From an uncultured delta proteobacterium (GTDB lineage Bacteria; Myxococcota_A; Polyangia; Polyangiales; Polyangiaceae): a stretch of DNA of 64,000 nucleotides. This document shows, in pieces, positions 40,546-50,325 of this stretch. The notes below the pieces were generated by a model that saw nothing but the letters and a program-made list of their open reading frames with translations, did no database searches and had not been told where the DNA came from. The stretch is from the NCBI GenBank assembly GCA_963841435.1, contig CAWJCS010000006.1, forward strand, positions 1,216,001-1,280,000, in the 5' to 3' direction. Within the stretch, counting starts at the first letter, position 1; each line of letters starts with the position of its first letter. The translations under genes and the position numbers were made by a program.

Positions 40546-41385
40546 TCAGTTCAGCCAGCCACCGTTCGGACCGCGGCGCCCGCTGTCCGGATCGGAGTCC
40601 CGCTTCTTCTTGCCGCCGCCTTCGAGCACTTGAAGGCCCGAGCTCTCGATGCGCTTCTTACGCACGCCGGCCTCGCGGCGCGCCTCGGCGTCGAGCTGCG
40701 CGAGCCGAAGCTTGAGCCAGGCGCGTCGCAACGGCGTGGGACTGCCGCTGCCGAGCAGCCAGCCCGCGAGCATGCCGCCGAAGGGCGCGACGAGCCCATG
40801 CGGGCCGCTCGCGTCCGCGATGAGGTACATGACGTTGAGCAGGGCGACGAAAATGATCAGGCCGCGCGAGCTCACGGGCAGGACGAACATCAGATTGATG
40901 GTGCGGCCCTTGAAAGAGAGCGCCCAGGCGACGGAAACCGCAGAAACCACGGGCACGGCGCCGAACCACACGCCGGGCACGAGCCGCGCCGCGAGCGAGG
41001 CTGGTACCAGGAGCTCGACGAGCATCTGCACGCCGTACGCGATGAGGGCCGAGCCCATGAGGAAACGCAGGAAGCGTCCCTTGCCCCAATGGCTCTCGAG
41101 CGAAGGCCCGAGAAAATAGAGGCCCATGAGTGACGTGAGGATGTGGCCGACGTCGTGCGACGGCGCGTGCAGAAACGGCGCCGTGAACAGGCGCCAGATC
41201 TCTCCGTGCAGGATGCGCTCCGTGTCGCCGCACAGAAGGAGGAACAGCGTGTCCGGGGCACCTCCCCAGTTGATCCCCACCGCGAACACGAGCCACACGG
41301 CGAGCAGCGTGATGAGCACGAGCCGGAGCCCGGGCCCGGGGCGGGGCAGGCCCATGGAGGGTGCGTCGTCGTAACGCCGCGGCAT
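40546..41385 (-). CDS. Rhomboid-family membrane protein, catalytically degenerate
   Basis: WRLFTAPFLH, HIL..LMGLYFLG..LE..WG; GxSG is replaced by GAVP and AHxGG by APFGG. Confidence 0.8.
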   Translation of the reverse strand: MPRRYDDAPSMGLPRPGPGLRLVLITLLAVWLVFAVGINWGGAPDTLFLLLCGDTERILHGEIWRLFTAPFLHAPSHDVGHILTSLMGLYFLGPSLESHWGKGRFLRFLMGSALIAYGVQMLVELLVPASLAARLVPGVWFGAVPVVSAVSVAWALSFKGRTINLMFVLPVSSRGLIIFVALLNVMYLIADASGPHGLVAPFGGMLAGWLLGSGSPTPLRRAWLKLRLAQLDAEARREAGVRKKRIESSGLQVLEGGGKKKRDSDPDSGRRGPNGGWLN

Positions 41386-42572
41386 CAGGGCTCCGCTCGA
41401 CAGCTCGCGAGCACCCGTTGTCCCGGGATGACGCTCCCGCTGCAGCGCGCCGTCGTGGCGCCGGATGTCGGAGCGGGGAAGGGCTTTGCCAGCACGTTCT
41501 GTTCGCCCCGCTCGAGGCCCCCGAATGCGACGAGCGCTCCACAGCTCCCGGGTCGGACGCTTTGGGTCGGGCCGCCCTCGAGCGAAAGGTCGAGCGCGCC
41601 GAGCTCGGTGCAGGAGACCCCGAGCGCCGCGCTCGCCGCGGCGGGGTCGACCTCGAGCGCGCCGCGGTCGGTGAGCGACTGGCAGCTTGCCATGATGGGC
41701 ACGCCCGGCGGGGGCTCCGCGAGGCAGGTCGTGCCCCAGGCCGGGGTGCTGTTGCCCGCCTCGAAGGCGGCCACGGCGAGCACGAGCGTGCGCCCGGGCG
41801 TGACGCCCATGAAGCGGACTTCGTCGTCGCACGCGGCGCTCACGGTGCCGCTCGGCCCCGTCACCTCGTAGTGCTCGATTTCACCCGGTCTCGAGCCGCA
41901 GGCGAGCGAGCCGCGCGCCGCGTCGAGCGATACGAAGACCTCGCCCAGCGCGTCGGGATCGCTGCCCGTGAGCGGGCTGCAGTTGCCAAGCTGTCGGATC
42001 ACCGCCTCGCGCGACGTGGCGGGTCCGCAGCTCGCACGCCAGCGTGCGGCGACGGGCTTGCGCGTGACGGCGTCGATCACCTCGGGTGTCGCGACCGGCG
42101 AGTCGGTGGTGGAAAGCTCGAGGCCGTCACGATCGAAGCCGAGGATCTCGGCACGGTAGCGGTGTCCGGGTGTCACCTTGCCGTAGCCTATCGCGGTCGT
42201 ACAGCTGGCGGGACCGGTGTTCGCGATCGGCGTGCCGCGCGCCGTCCCGAGCGCCCCGGCCGGGGCACCGCTCTCACCGCCGTCACCGCCCTGGCCGCCG
42301 GCGCCGGATGCGGCATCACCCGGCGCTCCGGCTCCGCCGTCGGTTGCGTCGTCCTCGACGCCGAGATCGAAGAACGTCGCCACGTACGAGCGCATGGCCC
42401 CGGTCGCATCGATGCACGCGACGCTGCCCAGAAAGTCCGTCGGAGACACCTCGACCAGTGTCGGGTGGACGATGTCCGGCACCGTGATGCTGTCCTGCGA
42501 GCAGCTGGCGGCGAGCGCCAACGGCCCGAGGACCGAGAAGGCGCGAGCGGCTCGAGAACGCGAGGCTTTCAT
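41385..42572 (-). CDS. Cys-containing lipoprotein
   Basis: LAASC lipobox; short Gly-rich insert; TGATG overlap with the rhomboid gene. Confidence 0.75.
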   Translation of the reverse strand: MKASRSRAARAFSVLGPLALAASCSQDSITVPDIVHPTLVEVSPTDFLGSVACIDATGAMRSYVATFFDLGVEDDATDGGAGAPGDAASGAGGQGGDGGESGAPAGALGTARGTPIANTGPASCTTAIGYGKVTPGHRYRAEILGFDRDGLELSTTDSPVATPEVIDAVTRKPVAARWRASCGPATSREAVIRQLGNCSPLTGSDPDALGEVFVSLDAARGSLACGSRPGEIEHYEVTGPSGTVSAACDDEVRFMGVTPGRTLVLAVAAFEAGNSTPAWGTTCLAEPPPGVPIMASCQSLTDRGALEVDPAAASAALGVSCTELGALDLSLEGGPTQSVRPGSCGALVAFGGLERGEQNVLAKPFPAPTSGATTARCSGSVIPGQRVLASCRAEP

Positions 42573-42756
42573 GTGCCCGGGGGCCATAGCACGAGCCACC
42601 GCGGGCGTTACAGCTCCTGAAGTGTCCCGCGAAACGGGCGCTGAGGCGGAGCGGAACGAGGAGCACGACCGGCGCTCGACGCGGGCTCGATGGCCCGGCA
42701 CGGCGGCCGAGAACGGGCTTGCGGCCATCGCGGGTTCGACCAAAGCTTCGCGGCCC

Positions 42757-44037
42757 ATGTCGCGCTCCGTCGTCGCCATCGTCCGTACCCGCCCCGAAAC
42801 GGTGCTCGAAGATTACCACCGCCTGATGAATCTCGCGGGGTACCAGAACGTCGTCGACAAGAGCGCGGACACGGCCCTCAAGGTCAACATTTCCTGGCAC
42901 TTCTTCTATCCGGGCTCCTCGACGACGCCCTGGCAGCTAGAAGGCGTGATCGGCGCCATGAAGCGCGACGGGTACTCGAGCGATCTCATTCATGCGTGCC
43001 ACAACCGCACCGTCGTGATCGACGCCCACCTCGGCGAGCGCGAAAACAAGCAGCTCAACGTCGTTCAGGCCCACGGGCTCCGCAACGTGCACCTCTACGA
43101 GGGCGAAGAGTGGATCGACGTGCGTGACGCCGTCGGGGACCTGACGAAGAAGTTCTTGTGTCTCAACGAGGTGTACCCCAAGGGCTTCAAGATCCCGAAG
43201 CGCTTCATCGGCGAAAACATCGTCCACTTGCCGACCATCAAGACGCACATCTTCACCACGACGACCGGCGCCATGAAAAACGCCTTCGGTGGGCTCCTGA
43301 ACGAGCACCGTCACTGGACCCACCCGGTCATTCACGAAACGCTCGTCAACCTCTTGATGATCCAGAAGAAGATCCACCGCGGGCTGTTCGCCGTGATGGA
43401 CGGCACCTTCGCGGGCGATGGCCCCGGGCCGCGTTGCATGGTGCCGCACGTCAAGAACGTCCTTTTGGCCTCCTCCGACCAGGTGGCGATCGACGCCGTG
43501 GCGGCAAAGCTCATGGGTTTCGATCCCATGCGCGATCTCAAGTTCGTGCGGCTCGCTCACGAGCAGGGCCTCGGTATCGGTGACCCGCGCGACATCGAGC
43601 TGGTCGGTGACATCGACGCGGGCAGCGAAAATTGGCACTTCGACGGCCCGTTCAAGGAAATGACGTTCGCCTCGCGCAACCAGCATCGCATCTACTGGGG
43701 GCCGCTGAAGAAGCCCGTCGAGTGGTCGCTGAAGACATGGCTCGCGCCGTGGGCCTACGTGGCCAGCGTCGCGTACCACGACCTTTTCTGGTACCCGTAC
43801 TACGGTAAGGCTCGCGTCGAGGCCGCGCTCAAGAGCGAGTGGGGGAGGCTCTTCGCGAACTGGGGCAAGGCGTTGCCCGGCGCCGACGGGCGCGGCTACC
43901 CCGACGTCGGGGTCGAGCACCCCGAGCTCGTGCGCACGGGGCTCAAGCATTTCGCCGAGGGCCTCCGGCTCGTCGGCATGGCCGTCGCCGAGAGCCCCGA
44001 GATGAAAAACAAGCGACGCAAGACCGTCGCCGTGTAG
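42757..44037 (+). CDS. DUF362 family protein
   Basis: LK.N, TT.WQLEG, LPT.KTH..T..TGAMKN.FG, MDG...G.GP, D.VAIDAV.A.LMG.DP. Confidence 0.85.
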   Translation: MSRSVVAIVRTRPETVLEDYHRLMNLAGYQNVVDKSADTALKVNISWHFFYPGSSTTPWQLEGVIGAMKRDGYSSDLIHACHNRTVVIDAHLGERENKQLNVVQAHGLRNVHLYEGEEWIDVRDAVGDLTKKFLCLNEVYPKGFKIPKRFIGENIVHLPTIKTHIFTTTTGAMKNAFGGLLNEHRHWTHPVIHETLVNLLMIQKKIHRGLFAVMDGTFAGDGPGPRCMVPHVKNVLLASSDQVAIDAVAAKLMGFDPMRDLKFVRLAHEQGLGIGDPRDIELVGDIDAGSENWHFDGPFKEMTFASRNQHRIYWGPLKKPVEWSLKTWLAPWAYVASVAYHDLFWYPYYGKARVEAALKSEWGRLFANWGKALPGADGRGYPDVGVEHPELVRTGLKHFAEGLRLVGMAVAESPEMKNKRRKTVAV

Positions 44038-44083
44038 CGCCCGCGGGCTCCGCTTCGGCGCACGCCGAGTCGGAGCGTCGGCC

Positions 44084-44572
44084 CTATTTGCTCGCGACGC
44101 CGCCGGCGCCCGCTTCGCCGACGCTCGAAGGCGGGGTCGCCGTGAGGAACCCGCAGGCGACCGTCCGCTCCGGGTAGAGCACGACGTCGCAGGCCGTGAG
44201 CGCGCTGCCGCCTCCGAGTAGATCGCCGTCGGCGCAGTCCGCGATGCCGGCTTCCTTGCCCTCGGTGCTCGCGCAGCTCCCCGCCCACTCGATCGCCTGG
44301 ATGCAGCGGTTGACGGCATCCGGGGCCGGGGGAGCGACCGCGAGCCCGTGCAGGCAGTGGTCGCGATAGAAACGCTGGCAGCCCTCGACGTCCGTCACGA
44401 CGCCGCAGGATGCCGCCGCGCTGCAGCGAGCCCGCTCGATGTCGCGGCAATCCTCGACGCCCCGCGCGTCGGTGCCGCAGCCCGGGCTCGAAGCCACGCC
44501 GAAGCCGGCGAGCGCCCCGAGCAGGCCGAGGACGACCGTGCGCAGCGAGCGGAGAACGGGGTGCGGAGACAC
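44084..44572 (-). CDS. Cys-rich lipoprotein
   Basis: Hydrophobic N-terminus ending SPGC; CRDIE.ARC...C.RFY.DHCLHG. Confidence 0.7.
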   Translation of the reverse strand: MSPHPVLRSLRTVVLGLLGALAGFGVASSPGCGTDARGVEDCRDIERARCSAAASCGVVTDVEGCQRFYRDHCLHGLAVAPPAPDAVNRCIQAIEWAGSCASTEGKEAGIADCADGDLLGGGSALTACDVVLYPERTVACGFLTATPPSSVGEAGAGGVASK

Positions 44573-44664
44573 GCCGCTCGTCGGTAGCACCTCCGCGCCC
44601 GATAGGAGAACTTTTCGGCTGGGGCTTTCGAGTGGAGCTTTCGAGCTGCTAGCTTCGGGGGCGG

Positions 44665-45540
44665 ATGGCAAGCGTCATGGTGCTCGCCGCCGGCTTCGGC
44701 ACGCGCCTGCGGCCCCTCACCGACGAGCGTCCGAAGCCCGTGGTGCCGCTCGGTGACCGCATGCTCGTCGAGCACGTGCTCGACCGCCTCGCGGCCCAGG
44801 GGCTCCTGCCGGTGGTCGTGAACGCGCACCACCTCGTTGCCGTCCTCGAGCGGCTCCTCGCCGGCGTCGCGGGCGTCGAGCGCGTGGTCGAGGAACGCGA
44901 GATCCTCGGTACGGCCGGTGGCGTCGCCGGTGCGCGCGCCGTGCTCGGCCCGGGCGCTGTGCTCGTCACGAACGCCGACGTGCTCGCTCGGGTCGACGGG
45001 CGGCGGGTGCTCGACCAGACGCCCGAGGACGGGCTCTGCCTGGCGGTGGCGTGGCGCGAGAGGGGAGAGGGGACGGTCGGGGTCGGTGCAACGGGTCGGG
45101 TCGTGCGCCTGCGCGGCCAGCGCTTCGGCGAGGAGGTTGCGGGCGGCGATTACGTCTGCACCATGGGCATCGGTGGCGCCCTGCTCGCGGGGCTGCCCGA
45201 GCGGGGCTGCTTGATTGGCGACGTGGCGCTGCCGCTCGCCCGTGCGGGCGGGCCGGTGATGGCGCTCGAAGCCGGCGCGGAGCTCACGGCGCCCGGCGAT
45301 TCGCTACCGGGTTACCTCGCGGCGAACCTCGCGTGGCTCGACGCGCGCGGCGGGGCCGCGTACGTCGGCCCGCGAGCCCGGGTCGCGCCGGGCGTCGCGC
45401 TCGCGCGCGCCGTCGTGGGGGCGGACGCCCGCATCGTCGGGCAGGGTGCGCTCGAACGCGTCGTCGTCTGGCCCGGCGCCGAGGCGAGGGCGCCGCTCGC
45501 GGACGCCGTGGTGACGCTCGGCGGCGTCGTTCGCGTCTGA
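44665..45540 (+). CDS. Sugar-phosphate nucleotidyltransferase (MurU/GMP-pyrophosphorylase-like)
   Basis: LAAGFGTRLRPLT.ERPKP, NAHHL, E.EILGTAGG. Confidence 0.85.
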   Translation: MASVMVLAAGFGTRLRPLTDERPKPVVPLGDRMLVEHVLDRLAAQGLLPVVVNAHHLVAVLERLLAGVAGVERVVEEREILGTAGGVAGARAVLGPGAVLVTNADVLARVDGRRVLDQTPEDGLCLAVAWRERGEGTVGVGATGRVVRLRGQRFGEEVAGGDYVCTMGIGGALLAGLPERGCLIGDVALPLARAGGPVMALEAGAELTAPGDSLPGYLAANLAWLDARGGAAYVGPRARVAPGVALARAVVGADARIVGQGALERVVVWPGAEARAPLADAVVTLGGVVRV

Positions 45541-45585
45541 GGGCTCCGTTCGCCCGCAACGCACCGTGCTAGACGGCCGGCACCC

Positions 45586-46851
45586 ATGGCCGATTCGCTC
45601 GCGCTGCCTGCCGACGCGCTCCTGCTCGGGCGAGCGCTCGCTGGCCGGCCGGGGCTTTCGCTGGTTCGCTCCGCAGACGGCCTCGCCACGTACCTCGGCT
45701 GCGATCCGGTTGACCGGCGCGAAGAGCCCGACCCCGAGCCGTCGCTTCCCATCGCGCCGCGCGCGGGAGGCGAGATCCCCCGTTGGATCGGCTACTTGCC
45801 CTACGAAGCTCAGCGATGGGTCGAACGCAGCCCCGAGCCGGACCTGCGACCCCCCAGCACGGCGTCGCGCCCGTGCTGGAAGCGGTACGCAGCGCTCGTA
45901 AAAATAACCAATCAAGTCGAGGTAGTTGGTGACGATTCTCAGGCCATTTATGAGCTTCGAGAACGGCTCGAGAGTGGCCTCCGGCAGCCGGCGTCGCCGG
46001 GCGAAGCGGGGCTTTTGCTGACGCGTGCCGAGCCGGGGGCGCTCCATGCTGCGCGCATCCGCGAGGCGCTGGCGCTCATTGCTCGCGGCGAGATCTACCA
46101 AGTGAATCTCGCGCGCCGCTTCGAGCTCGGCGTGCGCGGCCGGATCCTCGAGCTGCTCTTCGCGCTCTGCCCGGGGGGGCTCACGCGCAACGCCGTGGCG
46201 CTCGACTGGGAGCCGGTCGGCGTCGCAGCGGCGAGCCCGGAGCTCTTCCTCGAGCTCACGGGCAACGGGGAGCTTCGCACGACGCCCATCAAGGGCACGC
46301 GCCCGCGCTCGAACGATGTGGCGCAAGACGAGCTCGTCGCCCGCGCGCTCGATGCCGATCCCAAAGAGCGGGCGGAGCTTGCCATGGTGATCGACATCGA
46401 GCGAAACGATCTCGGCCGCATCGCACGACCCGGCAGCGTGCGCCTCAGCGAGCCGCCGCACGTCGAGCGGCTCGCGACCGTGCATCACCGCATGGCGACC
46501 GTGGCGGCCTCGCTGCGGCCCGGGATCGGGCGGCGGGAGGTGCTCGAGGCCATGCTGCCGAGCGGGAGTGTCACCGGGGCGCCCAAGGTACGCGCCATGG
46601 AGGTCATTCGCGCGCTCGAGCCCGTCCGCCGGGGTCTTTACACGGGTGCCGTCGGCTTCGTCCGCTCGGACGGCGGTCTCGAGCTCGGCATGGCGATCCG
46701 CACGCTCACGGTCGAGGACGGCCGGGGAACGTACTTTTCGGGTGGCGGCATCGTCGCGGACAGCGATCCGGAGCGAGAGGTCGAGGAGACGCTCTGGAAG
46801 GCTCGCCGGCTCATCGAGCTTTCGGGTGTCGGCATCGAAAACTGGGCCTGA
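45586..46851 (+). CDS. pabB: Aminodeoxychorismate synthase component I (chorismate-binding family)
   Basis: GEIYQVNLA, SPELFL, PIKGT (PabB-type Lys), KE.AEL.M.D..RNDL, PSGSVTGAPK, GGGIV.DS. Confidence 0.85.
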   Translation: MADSLALPADALLLGRALAGRPGLSLVRSADGLATYLGCDPVDRREEPDPEPSLPIAPRAGGEIPRWIGYLPYEAQRWVERSPEPDLRPPSTASRPCWKRYAALVKITNQVEVVGDDSQAIYELRERLESGLRQPASPGEAGLLLTRAEPGALHAARIREALALIARGEIYQVNLARRFELGVRGRILELLFALCPGGLTRNAVALDWEPVGVAAASPELFLELTGNGELRTTPIKGTRPRSNDVAQDELVARALDADPKERAELAMVIDIERNDLGRIARPGSVRLSEPPHVERLATVHHRMATVAASLRPGIGRREVLEAMLPSGSVTGAPKVRAMEVIRALEPVRRGLYTGAVGFVRSDGGLELGMAIRTLTVEDGRGTYFSGGGIVADSDPEREVEETLWKARRLIELSGVGIENWA

Positions 46852-46879
46852 ACGCACGCGGGGGCCTAGTGAGCAGGGG

Positions 46880-47701
46880 ATGCAGTCGGTGAACGTCCGT
46901 AATCTGGACGACATCCAGGAACAGGATCGGCCCCTCGGGTCCTCGCGTGCGGCGGCGCTGCTGCTTGCGTCGCTAGCGGGCGCCGCGATCGTGACGGCGG
47001 TCGTCGTCATGGCGCGACGCAGCGGTCCTCCCGCCACGGCGACTCGGGACCCGCTCGCCGAGCTCGTGCGTGAGGCGAAGAGCGAGCCGACCCCCGCGGA
47101 TAGGCTCGCAACGGGCGACGTGTCCTTCCCGCGCATCCTGAGTGACGACGAGTCGCCAACGACGGCGCTCGCCGCCGTGAGAGACGAGCGGGGGCGCCTC
47201 GTCGCGCAGGGGGACGCGCCGGCCGCGGCGACGCCGCCCGCGCCCGCCGACCGACTTCCGGTCGTGCCACTGCCCGTCGGCGATCTGCTGGGCGCGACCC
47301 CCGTCACGACCGAGCCCAAGGACGGCCTCACCACGCTGGCTGCCGATGTGGCGAAAGTCCCCGATCACGGGGAGGTCGCCCCGCCGGGGATGGACGGTGG
47401 CTTCCAGCTCCAGGTTGCAAGCTTCAAGGAGCCCGCCGACGCCGACAAGCTCGTCGAGAACCTGCGGCGCCGCGGTCATCGCGCCTACAGTCTGGCGGCG
47501 GAGGTGCCCAACCGCGGCAAGTGGTACCGGGTTCGCATCGGGCCGTTCAAGTCCAAGTTCGAGGCCGCAAAATACAAGGCCGAGTTCGAGCGCACGGAGC
47601 GGGCATCGCCGTTCGTCGTGGATCCCGACAAAGTCCGGCGTGCCGAGGAGGTCCGGGCCGCCCGGGTCGCGGCGCGAGAGCGCAAAGACAAAAAGCGCTA
47701 G
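46880..47701 (+). CDS. Membrane-anchored SPOR-domain protein
   Basis: Single TM; C-terminal FQLQVASF....A..L...L...G...WYRVRIGPF. Confidence 0.85.
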   Translation: MQSVNVRNLDDIQEQDRPLGSSRAAALLLASLAGAAIVTAVVVMARRSGPPATATRDPLAELVREAKSEPTPADRLATGDVSFPRILSDDESPTTALAAVRDERGRLVAQGDAPAAATPPAPADRLPVVPLPVGDLLGATPVTTEPKDGLTTLAADVAKVPDHGEVAPPGMDGGFQLQVASFKEPADADKLVENLRRRGHRAYSLAAEVPNRGKWYRVRIGPFKSKFEAAKYKAEFERTERASPFVVDPDKVRRAEEVRAARVAARERKDKKR

Positions 47702-47845
47702 CCAGGCCGCGCCGGGCCGGCGAGGCTTTCCGGCGCGGAAGGGTCAGGATGAGCGCGGGGGTGCAAGTTCGTGATTCCCAAGACCACGCTGGAGCGACTT
47801 GAACCGAGATCAGGCGCCCGAGCGGGCGGCGAGGAGCGAACGTCG

Positions 47846-49078
47846 ATGACATCGTGGTCGAAAACGGCAGGGCTGTGCTTCATCACCGGGCTCGGCGTCG
47901 CCACGCCAGGCTGCACCGGGTCGGACGGCAGCGGGTCACCGACGGGCGCGGGCGTGGGGGGTACCCTCGGCGGAACCGCCGGGACCGCCGGAACGGCGGG
48001 GATGGCGGGCGGGTCGAGCGGTGGCGCCGGGGTGGGGGGCCAGGGCGGCGGCACGGCTGGCGCGGCCGGGCTTGGCGGCGGAGCTGGTGCGGCGGGGACA
48101 GGCGGCGCAGGAGGTGCCGGAGTCGGCGGCCTCGCAGGTGACGGCGGCACGAGCGGCGGCGCCGGCACGAGCGGTGACGCCGGCACGAGCGGTGACGCCG
48201 GCACGAGCGGTGACGCTGGCACGAGCGGCGCCGGCGGCGTGGCGGGCAACGGCGGCGCTGGCGCGGCCGGTGCGGGCGCGGGTGGTGCCGGGGCAGGCGG
48301 CGCGGGCGCAGGCGGTGCCGGAACGGGCGGAGGGGGCGGAGCCGCCGACTGCAAGGGCAATGCGCTCTCGCTAAGCTCGAACGTTGCGGGCGGCTCCGAC
48401 CCGGCCAAGTCGCGCGTCATGGTCGACTTCGGCCAGAGCGCGGATCTACCGCTCGGCAATTCGAACCGCACCGTGGAATTCTGGGCGTACGTTCTTACGA
48501 CGAGCTGGGTCGGCGAGAACAACACGATGTTCGAGTACGGCGATCAGAGCACGCAAAACGCGGGCTTCGGGCTCGACTTCGGCGGCAACAACGCAACGAT
48601 GGATCCGTACACGAACGGCTCGTTCGACAACGACAACCAGCCGAGCGGGCTCATGGAATCACCCGACCAGTGGGTGCATTTCGCCATGACGTACGACGGC
48701 AGCGCCGTGCGCCTTTACGTGAACGCGATGATCAGCTCGACGAGGATGTCGTCCGGCAACATGCTGCAGACGGCGCGCACGCAGCTCACGATCGGCGGAA
48801 ATCCCCGCGGTAGCTACTTCAACGGCACGATCGAGGAGTTTCGCCTCTGGAACGTCGCCCGGACGCAGCAACAGATCCAGAGCACCATGAACGTCACGCT
48901 GGCCGGCGACGAGCCGGGCCTCGTGGGCTACTGGAAGTTCAACGAGACGAGCGGCACGACGGCCGCCGATTCAGTGACGAGCGCCGGCCACACGCCGCAC
49001 GACGGCGTCCTCATGGCGACGAACCAGAACCAGCTGCCGACGTTCATCGCGTCGACGGCCATGCTCGACTGCCCGTAG
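47846..49078 (+). CDS. Lipoprotein with Gly-rich linker and LamG/concanavalin-like domain
   Basis: SD GAGGAG; ATPGC lipobox; TVEFW, WVHFAMTYDG, LYVN, FNGTIEEFRLWN, GLVGYWKFNE. Confidence 0.85.
   Translation: MTSWSKTAGLCFITGLGVATPGCTGSDGSGSPTGAGVGGTLGGTAGTAGTAGMAGGSSGGAGVGGQGGGTAGAAGLGGGAGAAGTGGAGGAGVGGLAGDGGTSGGAGTSGDAGTSGDAGTSGDAGTSGAGGVAGNGGAGAAGAGAGGAGAGGAGAGGAGTGGGGGAADCKGNALSLSSNVAGGSDPAKSRVMVDFGQSADLPLGNSNRTVEFWAYVLTTSWVGENNTMFEYGDQSTQNAGFGLDFGGNNATMDPYTNGSFDNDNQPSGLMESPDQWVHFAMTYDGSAVRLYVNAMISSTRMSSGNMLQTARTQLTIGGNPRGSYFNGTIEEFRLWNVARTQQQIQSTMNVTLAGDEPGLVGYWKFNETSGTTAADSVTSAGHTPHDGVLMATNQNQLPTFIASTAMLDCP
48146..48230 (+). repeat. Intragenic 18-nt tandem repeat (GTSGDA)
   Basis: GGCACGAGCGG starts at 48146, 48164, 48182, 48200 and 48218. 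Confidence 0.85.
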
Positions 49079-49110
49079 CGCAACGCTTGCGGTCGCGGCG
49101 GGGCGGCGCG

Positions 49111-50239
49111 TTAGCCGGCGCGCTTGCGACTGAGCTGCTGCTGGACCATCTGCGCGACGGCCCCGCTCACGTTCTTGCTGCGGCTGAGCGAGCGCAGATC
49201 GCTCTCGCGAAGGTGCGACACGAGCCGGCTCGCGAAGGTGAGGGGTGTGCGCGGGTTCGTCACGAGGTTCAGCTTCACCTGATAGTTTCGGACGAGGTCG
49301 CGGTTCATGGCGACGATGCGCAGCACGTCGTCCGACATGGCGCGGCTCGCCGTGATTTGCACGGCCTCGGGCTCGCGCAACTGCGGGCTGCGCGCCGCGG
49401 CCGACGACACGAGCCGGTTGGGGTCGCGCACGAGCAGCAGGATCTCGGCGGGCTTGCCCATGGAGGCGAGCCGGATTTTCTCGCTGATGCTGCTGCCGGC
49501 GAGGCGTACGTGTAGCGGCAAGAACTTCTCTTTGACCCTCTCCTCGCCCTCGTCGTCAACCTCGTGCGTATCCTCCGTGGCCTCGTCGGGCAGCTCGTCG
49601 GCGATGGCGCGCACCTCCTTGAAGTGCACGTCGTCGAAGGTCGGTTCTTCCGCCGGCTCGGGGATGAGCTGCTCCATGATGGCGGCGGCAGCTTCCTTGA
49701 ACGCGGGGATGCCGAGCTCGATGTTGTTGCGCACGGCGAGCTCGACGAGCCGGTCCGCCGTTGAACATGCGGACGGCCCGGTTCATGTAGAGCTTCTCGA
49801 TCACGCTCGGGTGCTTGAGCATGAGCTCTTCGTTGGTGGCGATGATCTCGCCCGAGCGCTCGTCAGCCGAGCTGGCCAGCTTCTCGAGCGCCTCGCGCGT
49901 CGTGCGCGGCATGCGCAGAAGGGCGAGCACGAGATCGGGATCGCGGGGTTGGGCGTCCGCGAGCTCCTCGATCACCGTCGCCGCGAGGTCCTGCGTGAGC
50001 GCGCCCGCGAGCACCGGTCCGGGCAGCTTTGCGAGCGTGGCGCGGGCCGTGGACGCAACCTCGGGTGAGCCGGTTCGGGCGAGCACCGCCACCACGGTCA
50101 CGAGATCCCCGGGCTTGAGGCCCGGCAGCACGCCGCGCGCCGCCATGGTGCGTAGCGGTGCTGGCGCGTCTTGAGCGAGCGCCTTCTGCGCCGGAGGAGG
50201 CAACGCGCTCACGTCAACGTCGATCTCGGCCAAGGTCAT
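49111..50239 (-). CDS. Conserved helical-repeat hypothetical protein; apparent frameshift at ~49763
   Basis: ORFs 49556..50239 and 49111..49734 join as LYMNRAVRM|STADRLVELAVRNN; C-terminal EKIRLA..G...L.RDPN...LV.NP.TP. Confidence 0.75.
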
Positions 50240-50325
50240 GATTATTCCAGAGACCGAGGGACCCGTCGAGCGCGTGTTCTGCTACGCTCTTCTCGGGCGG
50301 TTCGACCCGAAACGCAGGAGAGCGC

